Part shown: piece by piece, positions 55,156-64,000 of the stretch
How the letters are laid out: each line of letters begins with the position of its first letter
Numbering within the stretch: the first letter of the stretch is position 1
Assembly (NCBI GenBank): GCA_020629755.1
Contig: JAHDCS010000005.1
Location: forward strand, 729 to 64,728
Reading direction: 5' to 3'
Length of the DNA: 64,000 nt
Source: Flavobacteriales bacterium
GTDB lineage: Bacteria > Bacteroidota > Bacteroidia > Flavobacteriales_G > JALEGO01
The notes under the pieces: model-generated
What the model was told of the DNA's origin: nothing
What the model saw: only the letters and a program-made list of their open reading frames with translations
Database searches by the model: none
Translations under genes and position numbers: made by a program

Positions 55156-56653
55156 CGAAAGGGTGTTTTTCTCCATTAACAATACGGTAACAACTGAGCT
55201 TGTCTTTGAATACTTCTGGCTTAAAGGTAGAGGTCTTTAACAGCATACGCACACACTCTTGAATACCTTCAGTAATGGAAGGGTGCGGATGCACCATTTC
55301 GGCCAGCTCTTCAATGCCTTTATTCATTTTAATAAGCAAAGCTACTCCTTGTATAGCGCTAGAAGCATGTGGACCAATCGCACGCATACCCAAGACTTTC
55401 ATTTGGTCGTCGTCGGTGACAATAATTTTAAAAAACCCTTGGGTGGTACGCATGGCAATGGCTCTGGTTATTAAGCTATAATCAAGCTTAACGACCCTTA
55501 CATTTACTTTATTCTCAATGCAATGTTGCTCATTTACGCCAACTGCTGCAACCACAGGATGCAAAAACATAATGGTGGATACATTCTGATAACTCAAGGC
55601 TTTTTGCGTATTGCCAAACATTTTTTCAACCGCATACCTGGCTTCAACTTCGCCTACATTGACAAGTGCAATATGGCCAGACACGTCACCTACCGCATAA
55701 ATATTTGGGATGGATGTTTGGGTGTCATTCTCTTTAATTGAAGAACCCCTTTCTGAAAGATCAATCCCAATGTTCTCTAAATTAAGCCCCTCTACATTTG
55801 GTACTCTACCAATAGACAACAATGCCTTATCCGCGCGGATGGTTCGTTTTTCGCCCGTTACATTGTGCTTGATGGTGTAAGACACCTTGTTGTTTACTGT
55901 ACGCATCTCTTCAAGCGCACAACACTGATGAATCTCTACCCCTTTATCCTGTAGATTTTTTGCCACCATATCTGCAATGTCTTGATCTTCAAAAGGCAAA
56001 ATTCGGTCTGCTCTATCAATCAAATAAACTTTTGTTTTACCAAAGTTTGAAAAAATAGTCGCATATTCACACCCAATCACCCCGGCACCTAAAATCACCA
56101 AGCTCTCAGGGTATTTTTCGAGCCTATGAATACCATCGCTGGTCATGATAATGCGTTCATCTACCTCGATCTGATCAATCACCCTTGGCCGACTGCCTGT
56201 GGCTATAATAATATTTTTGGCCTGAATGCTTATGGTCTCACCGTCTTTTTTTTCGATACACACATCGTGCTTACTCTTTAAAGAGCCAAAACCTTTAAAG
56301 TAAGAGAATTGAGCATTTTCTGACTCTTTTTGCAACAACTTCAAATGCAGAGAGTACTGAAGTTTTTTCTCAAAGATGGCTTCTGAAACGGTGCGTTGTA
56401 CCTCTTCCCATGAAATGGTGTAATTTTGATCAGATTTGGCATGTAAATAATTATTAATAAAGGCCACGCGTTCTGAAAGTTCCCACATGGTTTTAGAGGT
56501 TAAGGCCCCATCATAAACCCCAGCGCCTCCTATGCGTTTTTTCTCAACTAAAGCTACCTTTTTACCAAAATCTACCGCGCGCATAGCCGCTGCATAACCT
56601 GCAGGGCCACCACCAATCACACATAAATCATACTCTGTAGTTTGTTTTGACAT
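55148..56653 (-). CDS. Class-I pyridine nucleotide-disulfide oxidoreductase homologue lacking the redox cysteines
   Basis: GGGPAG, ATGSRP, GAGVIGCE, YAVGD, HPHPSITE. Confidence 0.85.
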   Translation of the reverse strand: MSKQTTEYDLCVIGGGPAGYAAAMRAVDFGKKVALVEKKRIGGAGVYDGALTSKTMWELSERVAFINNYLHAKSDQNYTISWEEVQRTVSEAIFEKKLQYSLHLKLLQKESENAQFSYFKGFGSLKSKHDVCIEKKDGETISIQAKNIIIATGSRPRVIDQIEVDERIIMTSDGIHRLEKYPESLVILGAGVIGCEYATIFSNFGKTKVYLIDRADRILPFEDQDIADMVAKNLQDKGVEIHQCCALEEMRTVNNKVSYTIKHNVTGEKRTIRADKALLSIGRVPNVEGLNLENIGIDLSERGSSIKENDTQTSIPNIYAVGDVSGHIALVNVGEVEARYAVEKMFGNTQKALSYQNVSTIMFLHPVVAAVGVNEQHCIENKVNVRVVKLDYSLITRAIAMRTTQGFFKIIVTDDDQMKVLGMRAIGPHASSAIQGVALLIKMNKGIEELAEMVHPHPSITEGIQECVRMLLKTSTFKPEVFKDKLSCYRIVNGEKHPFDV

Positions 56654-56701
56654 TTGAGTTTTGCCAAATTTAACGTAATTTCATCAATCTATTTTCTTTT
56701 T

Positions 56702-57722
56702 ATGGGCAGCACACAAAGAAATCTATTTTTCATGTTCACTATCGCTTTTTCCACGATGGTGTTTTATTCTTTTGAGTGGATGAATCCTCCTGAAAAAAAC
56801 CAAGACCATTCTTCTCTAGTTAGCCAACAACTCTCTGTTTTAGGTGAGAATTTGCCCTGGTATTTAGACAGTACGTTTACCCCTCAAGAAATTGAAAGAG
56901 GACAATCCCTCGTTTATAAGGGCTATTATACTCTAGGCACTAAAAAAAGCAAAAAACAATCTAAACACTTTACGTGTAAAAGCTGTCACAATACACAAAG
57001 AGAAGATCCTGTTTTGTATCGTCCATCTGCTGAGTCTCGTCTTGAATATGCCGTTGAACATAATCTACCTTTCTTACAGGGCACCACACTTTGGGGTGCT
57101 GTGAATAGAGAGCATTGGTACAATGACGATTATTATAAAAAATACGGCTCGCTTGTGAAAAACGCACAAGATAATCTAGAAAGTGCCATCCAACTTTGCG
57201 CCACTGAATGCGCCCAAGGCCGAGCGCTTACTCAAGAAGAAATGCGCTATATGCTTGCCTATCTTTCATCCCTCCAAGTTAAAATGAGTGATCTAGATTT
57301 AACTGAAAAAGAAACTCATAAAATCAGCAATGCTTCATCCCCCCAAGAAAAAAAACAGGCCCTCTCACTTCTTAAAAGCAAGTACTTATTAGCTTCAGGC
57401 GCTACATTTACAGATGTATTATCAAAAGATAAACGAAATCAAAAAGCGAATCCTCAAACCGGAAAACAGATTTACACCCAGAGTTGTTTGCATTGCCACA
57501 ATCCGAAAAATGGGGTTACCAATTACACCTTAGACATTAGCAAAATTGACATCAAACATCTGAAAAAGAATGTTTTAGAGAATAATCCATACTCTATCTA
57601 TACGATTACTAGAGTGGGTACTTCCCCCATTCCGGGCTATAAACCTTATATGCCTCATTATAGATAGATTGAGCGATCATCAAATTCATGATTTGGCTGC
57701 TTATTTAAATGTCGCAAAATAA
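56702..57722 (+). pseudogene. Di-heme cytochrome c, frameshifted about 20 codons before its natural end (or a sequence error)
   Basis: CKSCH and CLHCH; frame stops at TAG 57665-57667, while the +1 frame continues DRLSDHQIHDLAAYLNVAK* to 57722. Confidence 0.7.
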
Positions 57723-57729
57723 AACAATG

Positions 57730-57756
57730 TGTAACTTTTAGCTAAGTAGCGACGTA
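57730..57756 (+). promoter_or_regulatory. Putative ECF-sigma promoter
   Basis: TGTAAC-N17-CGTA, 17 bp upstream of the T9SS substrate start. Confidence 0.5.
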
Positions 57757-57773
57757 CAAAAAGCGTTTCTATC

Positions 57774-60700
57774 ATGTTAAAAAAAGGTTACATAATCGCC
57801 GTACTGGTGTTTTTATCTTGTGTTCAGACACTACAGGCTACACATATTGTAGGCGGTGCATTTGATTACCAAAAAATAGCCGATTCTACTTATGTGATTA
57901 CCCTTAAATTGTACCGCGATTGTAGAGTTGACTCTGTGAATTCGCCTATTCCACTTCCGACAGTTGCCAATATAAAAATACGAGGATTTTTAGGTGCTGA
58001 TGTAGGCAAAGACATCCAAATTCCTAGAATTTCGATAGGCGAAGTTGATCCGGTGGTAGATACTTGTGTGGTACAACCCAATATATGTGTACAAGAAGGC
58101 ATTTATAGAGATACTATTTATGGCATTGACCCCAGACAAGGGCATCATGTATATTATCAGTTGTGCTGTAGAAATTCTACCATATTAAATGTGGTAAACC
58201 CTTTAGATGCCGGCGAGAGTTTTTACACCTATATTTCGCCCGATACCCTTTTTTATCCTAAGGTTTCTGAACGTTTAATCTGGTTTGAAAATTTTGATTT
58301 AGCAGATAGTTTAGACAGTGATAATGGCAGCACTGCATGGAGCACAACGTCTTCTTCAGGTTCAAATGTTTTTGGCGGAACTTTAGACGGTAAGTTTTGT
58401 GTGTCTGATGCAGATGGTCCTTATACACTTACAACTGAATATGTCGATATTTCAGCGCATAGCTCAGTTGATTTACAAGTTACTTTATTTGAAGAAGGCG
58501 GGCTTGAATCAAGCGATCAAATTGAAGTGTTTTATAATTTAAATGGTTTGGATGGCGTTGATTACCCTTTTGATGTCAATGATTTTGTACAGGACGACTT
58601 TACTCCTGGATTAACCGCATATGCCGATAATGTTTCGGGGCTTAGTGTACGGGTTAAAGTGGTAATAGAAAATAATTCACCCCTAGAAATGCATTGCATT
58701 GATAACATCAAAATTATTTCGCCAGATACGGCAAGTTATGCCCTTGGAGATAACAGTAGTCCTGCCTTTGTGAATACGCCTCCGATTTTTGTATGCCTAC
58801 AAGAAACGCTAGAATTTGATAATTCTGCCATAGATGCAGACGGAGACTCTTTAGTCTATAGTTTTTACACCCCTTACGATGCAAGAAATCCGGCAGATGC
58901 TGATTTTGAAGATTATATACCTACCTATTCTGTAGACGATCAAATTATTTTTGACACCATCCCTTGGGTCACTGGATTTGATGCCAACAATCCCTTGGGG
59001 CCATCAGGCATTTCACTTAATGCCAATACTGGATTGCTCACGATAAGCCCTCCAAATTTAGGACAATACGTTGTGGGTGTTCGGGTGGATGAATATCGAG
59101 ACGGACGCCTGATTGGGTACACGGTTCGTGATTTTCAATTTAACGTAGTCTATTGCCCGCCTATCGCTGAGGCTATGATCAATGATTCTACCTCTTGCGC
59201 CAATAGAGCCACCATTTTTCTTGAAAGTGAGGATGCTGCAAAAAACTACTGGTGGGATTTTGGTGATCCGACCACCAATGCGGATACCTCTATTATCAAG
59301 TCCCCTACTTATGCCTATGATGCTGGAGGCAATTATACCGTTACCCTAATTACAAACCCTAATACGGCCTGCGCAGACACGATGACAAAAAACTTGGCGA
59401 TAAAATCTATAGATGCTGATTTTGGATTTGGCTCTTCGTTTTGTCAAAACGAAACCGTACTATTTAAAGACTCTACTGTTGTGTCTTCTAATAATGCTAT
59501 TGTAAGTTGGACATGGGATTTTGGCAACGGATCCACATCCACCCAACAAAACCCAAGCTCAACCTACACCACAGTAGGCACTTACCAAATAAAGCTCGTG
59601 GTTGAAGACCAAGAAGGATGTAAAGACTCTATCACTAAAAGCATTGTGGTTACACCAAGACCTATACTTACAGCAGCCAATGATTTTAATGCCTGTGTAA
59701 ATGAAAATAAAATTACTTTATCGGCTACTGCGCAGCATTATGTATCGATTGATTGGAATTTAATCGGACCAGGCTATGGGGTATTTGTCTCTGAAAATAA
59801 TTTAAGTACTGATTTTACTCTTAGCCCCTTAAACAATACTTTTAATGTAAGTAGCTTAAAATTTGAAGTGATTGCCACAGGCAGTTGCGCCACAGTGAGA
59901 GATACCATTGAAGTGACCCTTAAAAAAGCACCAAGGCTTGATCTTTTTGGTGATACCACGATGTGTTATGGCGCCGACAGTATTTTAATTGCTCTTTCTC
60001 CAAGTGGAGGCACCTTGCCTTATCAGTACAATTGGAGTAATAACATCACATCCATTAGTCAGTATGTAGATGTAGGCTCTTATGTAGGCTGGGTTGAAGA
60101 TGCAAATGGATGTCTCTCGCCAAAAGATTCTATTGTAATTGATCAGGTTCAGAATCAGACAACGGTGCAGATACATGCCGATTCAATTGTGTGTTTAAAC
60201 AATGCGCCTTTTGACATTCACGCCTCTTATGCTCACACTGATGGCATTACCTGGTCAGCTGCCGGCACCATAGCACCTAGTAGTACAGATTCGGTGATTA
60301 CTTATAACCCAACAGCAGCTGAGAGAGCTGCCCTTAGTTTTAGTATTCGCATTCAAACAGATCAAGACGCTTTAGGATGCCCTACGGCAAAAGATACTGC
60401 TGAGATTCAAATCAATAGGCTAATCGTATTAAATAAAGATTCTATTATTCCGCCTTGTTATGACAACGACGGATTGGCGTATGTTCAGGTATCTGGAGGC
60501 ACAAATCCATACCTCTACCAATGGGGCAGTTCTTCTAATAATCAGATTGGCGATACAGCCTTTAATTTAAGTGCCTCCTGGCATTATGTAACGGTTACTG
60601 ACACTATTGGATGTAGCGTGGTAGATTCTTTTGATTTAAGAAATAACCCACTTGTGCTTGATATTACAGACACTAGCGATGTAACCTGCTTTGATCAAGC

Positions 60701-62867
60701 AACTGGTAGCGCTACACTGGGCATATCAGAAGGTGTAGCCCCCTATTCTATTTTGTGGGATAGCCTTGCCGGATCTCAAACTACGGCCACAGCTACAAAT
60801 TTAACACCTGGCACCTATACAGTTACCGGTGTGGATGCTATTAATTGTAAAGTTGACATCTCTGTACCTATTCAAAATTTAGCACCTTCAGCAGTTGCAT
60901 TAAATAGCTTAGGTAGTGACACTTTATGTGCAGGCAACTCCTTTAATTTATCTACAGGTGCTTCGGGGGGATATGGCCCACCTTATACGTATAACTGGAG
61001 TACTGGCTCAAGCAATACCTCTTTTACAGTTTCTCCGGCAGACGATATGCTTTATACTGTATCGGCTACCGATAAAGAAGGTTGCCCAAGTGAAATAGAC
61101 TCTTTACACATAGGCGTAAACACGATGGTGCTTACTAAAGATTCTATAATTCCGGATTGTGATTCTACCAATGGCGTAGCGAGTGTAAGTCTAATTGATG
61201 GCACGATGCCTTTTACGTATCAATGGGGTGCTAGTTCGAATAATCAAGCTACAGATACCGTTTACAATTTAGCCCCGGTGATGCATTATGTAACCATTAC
61301 AGACGCTATTGGGTGCCAAACCTCTGCCTCATTTAATTTAGACAATGATCAGCCAGATTTAGCTTTAATCGACACCACACATGTCGATTGTTACGGCCAG
61401 CCTGAAGGCGAAGCGACCGTATTGGCTTCAGGAGGTACTGCACCTTACGCCTACCAATGGGATTCTTTAGCCAATTACCAAACTACCCCAACTGCAGTGT
61501 TATTACAAGCAGACATCTATACTGTTTCAGCTACTGATGCTACAGGTTGTACTGTATCTTTAGAGGTCGAAATTGAAGATCGTTCTGAAGGTGAAATTTT
61601 TGTTACGCTCTCTGAGCCTGATACAGTCTGTCCAAACACACAAATCACCTTAAATGCGTCTGCTTCAGGTGGTGCTGGAGGCCCTTATTCTTTTGATTGG
61701 AACAACGGTTTTGGATCTGGAAACAGCATTACAGTAACCCTTGTATCTGACATGACCTATAATGTCATTGCTACAGACAGCAAAGGCTGTAAAAGTCTTG
61801 GTGATTCTGTTATCATGCGCGTGCACTTGTTTAACCCAGATAGCTTGCTGTTGAATACGCAAGATGTCTGTCAATTTAGTGAAAGTTTTATCAGTGCCTC
61901 TTACCAAGGTGATCTTGGCCCTTATACCTATACCTGGGATAACGGTTTAAACGGATCAGGACCTCATCAAATTATAGTGTCTGACACACAGAATTATTCA
62001 GTTACAGTAACTGATGTATGTGGCAATCAAGTCAGTAATTCTCTTTCAGTTTATCCGCTTGATGTTCCTGAAATTGCAGACTATATAAATATGGATGGAT
62101 GCGAGCCTTTTTCATTTTCAATTTCAGATTCATTAAACAATTCAAATATAGTAGAATATTTATGGGATTTAGGAGACGGCACCACCTCTAGCCTTTCTGA
62201 GGTGTCTCACACCTATCAAAATCCTGGTATTTACTCAGTCAAATTGCAAATGATTAACACTCTTGGCTGCACCTCAAATTTTGATACTGCTTCTATTGTA
62301 AACGTATTTAGCTTACCTATTGTGATTTGTGGCGCTTCAGATACTGAAATTGAATTTGGTGAACCTGCCCAATTTAGCAGCTCAACCCAAACTACCTACA
62401 ATTGGGATTTAGGCGATCCCCTATCAATTGAAGATACATCCACCCAAAAAGCAGTGACCTATTTTTACAGCGACACGGGCACCTATACCGCCTCTGTAAT
62501 AGTGAGTAATCAATACGGATGTATTGACTCTTGTTTTGTGACTATTCGTGTGAGTCCTGATATTAGTATCAAAGTACCCAATGTATTTATTCCTGATCCG
62601 ACCGGGCCAAATGGGGGAGACTATGATCCTGATAATCCGAATAATCAGGTTTTCTTTCCGTTTACCGAATATGTAGATAAATTTCACATGATGATTTTTA
62701 ACCGCTGGGGTGAAATGATCTTTGAAACCTACGATATTAACAAAGGATGGGATGGTTATTACAAAGGCAAATTATGCCAACAAGACGCCTATGTATGGAA
62801 AATTGAAGCTACCTTTTTTGATGGGAGAGAGAAGAGTTTAACTGGAGACGTGACATTGCTAAGATAA
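57774..62867 (+). CDS. T9SS type B substrate with PKD and SprB-like repeats
   Basis: ATHIVGG..Y N-terminus, WDFGD/WDLGDG PKD motifs, GGT.PY.Y.W...Y.V.VTD..GC repeats, VPNVF.P...IFNRWGE...WDG...G.VTLLR. Confidence 0.92.
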   Translation: MLKKGYIIAVLVFLSCVQTLQATHIVGGAFDYQKIADSTYVITLKLYRDCRVDSVNSPIPLPTVANIKIRGFLGADVGKDIQIPRISIGEVDPVVDTCVVQPNICVQEGIYRDTIYGIDPRQGHHVYYQLCCRNSTILNVVNPLDAGESFYTYISPDTLFYPKVSERLIWFENFDLADSLDSDNGSTAWSTTSSSGSNVFGGTLDGKFCVSDADGPYTLTTEYVDISAHSSVDLQVTLFEEGGLESSDQIEVFYNLNGLDGVDYPFDVNDFVQDDFTPGLTAYADNVSGLSVRVKVVIENNSPLEMHCIDNIKIISPDTASYALGDNSSPAFVNTPPIFVCLQETLEFDNSAIDADGDSLVYSFYTPYDARNPADADFEDYIPTYSVDDQIIFDTIPWVTGFDANNPLGPSGISLNANTGLLTISPPNLGQYVVGVRVDEYRDGRLIGYTVRDFQFNVVYCPPIAEAMINDSTSCANRATIFLESEDAAKNYWWDFGDPTTNADTSIIKSPTYAYDAGGNYTVTLITNPNTACADTMTKNLAIKSIDADFGFGSSFCQNETVLFKDSTVVSSNNAIVSWTWDFGNGSTSTQQNPSSTYTTVGTYQIKLVVEDQEGCKDSITKSIVVTPRPILTAANDFNACVNENKITLSATAQHYVSIDWNLIGPGYGVFVSENNLSTDFTLSPLNNTFNVSSLKFEVIATGSCATVRDTIEVTLKKAPRLDLFGDTTMCYGADSILIALSPSGGTLPYQYNWSNNITSISQYVDVGSYVGWVEDANGCLSPKDSIVIDQVQNQTTVQIHADSIVCLNNAPFDIHASYAHTDGITWSAAGTIAPSSTDSVITYNPTAAERAALSFSIRIQTDQDALGCPTAKDTAEIQINRLIVLNKDSIIPPCYDNDGLAYVQVSGGTNPYLYQWGSSSNNQIGDTAFNLSASWHYVTVTDTIGCSVVDSFDLRNNPLVLDITDTSDVTCFDQATGSATLGISEGVAPYSILWDSLAGSQTTATATNLTPGTYTVTGVDAINCKVDISVPIQNLAPSAVALNSLGSDTLCAGNSFNLSTGASGGYGPPYTYNWSTGSSNTSFTVSPADDMLYTVSATDKEGCPSEIDSLHIGVNTMVLTKDSIIPDCDSTNGVASVSLIDGTMPFTYQWGASSNNQATDTVYNLAPVMHYVTITDAIGCQTSASFNLDNDQPDLALIDTTHVDCYGQPEGEATVLASGGTAPYAYQWDSLANYQTTPTAVLLQADIYTVSATDATGCTVSLEVEIEDRSEGEIFVTLSEPDTVCPNTQITLNASASGGAGGPYSFDWNNGFGSGNSITVTLVSDMTYNVIATDSKGCKSLGDSVIMRVHLFNPDSLLLNTQDVCQFSESFISASYQGDLGPYTYTWDNGLNGSGPHQIIVSDTQNYSVTVTDVCGNQVSNSLSVYPLDVPEIADYINMDGCEPFSFSISDSLNNSNIVEYLWDLGDGTTSSLSEVSHTYQNPGIYSVKLQMINTLGCTSNFDTASIVNVFSLPIVICGASDTEIEFGEPAQFSSSTQTTYNWDLGDPLSIEDTSTQKAVTYFYSDTGTYTASVIVSNQYGCIDSCFVTIRVSPDISIKVPNVFIPDPTGPNGGDYDPDNPNNQVFFPFTEYVDKFHMMIFNRWGEMIFETYDINKGWDGYYKGKLCQQDAYVWKIEATFFDGREKSLTGDVTLLR

Positions 62868-62869
62868 CT

Positions 62870-63901
62870 ATGAGAGCACTTACTTGCATATGTTTTTTTT
62901 TCGCTTTTATTTCAGCTGATTCTTTTGGGCAAGACATTCAATTCTCTCAGTTTTATGCGGCTCCTACCCACTTAAATCCAGCGTATGCTGGAAATACCCC
63001 TGGCACTAGAGTAGCCTCTATTTTTCGCTCACAATGGACCTCTTTAGTAGGCACCTTTAACTCATTTAACCTCTCATTAGACCGTAATTTTTCGGATAGA
63101 AACAGCGGAATAGGTTTAAACTTTACAAGAGATAAGGCTGGTTCTGTAGATCTTAACTTTACAAAGATTGAACTTAATTATGCCTATTACATTAAAATTA
63201 ATCGTCAGCTTAAAGCACGTCTTGGCTTAGGAGGCGCTTTTGCCTCTAGAAGTGCAGATGTCTCTAAATTTGTATTTTCAAGCCAAATTGCTCAAAATAC
63301 GACAACTATACCACAAGGATATTCTTTTCAAACCAGTCGGTATTTTGATCTTTCTACTGGTGGGCTTTTATATGGAAGCAATTGGTGGGCAGGATTATCG
63401 TTTGGGCATCTAAATATGCCTCAGCAAAATATTGTAGCTACAGCTATCGCAGGCAATAGCTTACCCATTTTAATGTCTTTGCATGGAGGATATACATTTA
63501 AACTAAAAGAAAGTATTAAGAAAAAAGCAGAATTCACCATGACACCCATTTTGCATTATAAGTCGTCTAGAAAATGGGACCAGTTAGATATCGGCTCATA
63601 TTTCAATAAGCGTATTCTCACTTTTGGCGCTTGGTATCGTGGTTTACCATTGATTAAAAGAAATCCAGAAAAAAACCCATCTACCGGATTTAATCAGAGT
63701 TTAAATCAAGATGCCGTAATTTTACTCTTTGGTTTAGAGGTGGACGAAATGCGTTTGGCCTATTCGTATGACATAACGGTGTCTAAACTTTCTACTGGAT
63801 CTTCTGGCGGAAGTCATGAAATCACCTTTATCTGGGAGATTGCTTCACGTCAACAAAAGCTTTCGTATAGAAAACATTTAGTGCCTTGTGCTAAATTTTA
63901 A
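62870..63901 (+). CDS. PorP/SprF-family T9SS membrane protein, partner of the upstream type B substrate
   Basis: QDIQFSQFYAAP..LNPA.AG, R.QW, YSYD, GGSHEI, terminal CAKF; begins 2 bp after the upstream stop. Confidence 0.92.
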   Translation: MRALTCICFFFAFISADSFGQDIQFSQFYAAPTHLNPAYAGNTPGTRVASIFRSQWTSLVGTFNSFNLSLDRNFSDRNSGIGLNFTRDKAGSVDLNFTKIELNYAYYIKINRQLKARLGLGGAFASRSADVSKFVFSSQIAQNTTTIPQGYSFQTSRYFDLSTGGLLYGSNWWAGLSFGHLNMPQQNIVATAIAGNSLPILMSLHGGYTFKLKESIKKKAEFTMTPILHYKSSRKWDQLDIGSYFNKRILTFGAWYRGLPLIKRNPEKNPSTGFNQSLNQDAVILLFGLEVDEMRLAYSYDITVSKLSTGSSGGSHEITFIWEIASRQQKLSYRKHLVPCAKF

Positions 63902-63952
63902 ACCCAGGTTAAATGTTTTTAATTGCTTTTTGAAGCATGTGAGCTTATGAGT

Positions 63953-64000
63953 TTATCGAACTAAAAAGATTTCACCGGCCTTTTTGTGCTTAGCTCCAAA
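63953..64000 (-). CDS. Possible 3' end of another T9SS type B substrate
   Basis: Reverse frame reads FGAKHKKAGEIFLVR*, similar to the G..TLLR type B terminus; only 15 residues visible. Confidence 0.4.
   Translation of the reverse strand, partial: FGAKHKKAGEIFLVR

Noticed and set aside
57665-57667. TAG readthrough or recoding in cytochrome c
   Set aside because: The homologous-looking continuation is in the +1 frame, and TAG ends other genes normally (cobB, icmF, pabB, valS)

Overview
AT-rich (roughly 36% GC by eye) Bacteroidota chromosome segment, probably Flavobacteriales-like, judged from gene content and TAnnTTTG promoters. It carries mostly core genes (cobB, icmF, dnaG, rnr, pheS, rlmN, groEL/ES, secG, lptE, miaB, topA, valS) and the type IX secretion/gliding core locus porP-gldKLMN. 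There are three very large T9SS substrates (one type A, two type B; one type B gene has its own PorP/SprF partner) and several lipoproteins/hypotheticals. I saw no RNA genes, CRISPR array, transposase, integrase or reverse transcriptase. The strongest unexplained signal is a non-palindromic motif, (C)ATCCCCCC(AA). By manual scan it occurs 15 times exactly (8 on +, 7 on -), versus under one expected from base composition, and has many one-mismatch relatives. It lies in genes in several reading frames and in intergenic DNA, a pattern like a DNA uptake sequence or HIP-type highly iterated motif. Other observations: a shared ECF-type promoter motif ahead of T9SS genes; a candidate sigma-54/enhancer circuit at groES and miaB; a frameshifted di-heme cytochrome c; a 161-codon domain bounded by a 15-bp direct repeat; and a secreted metallothionein-like protein. 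All counts are by eye and all family assignments come from motif recognition, not database searches.
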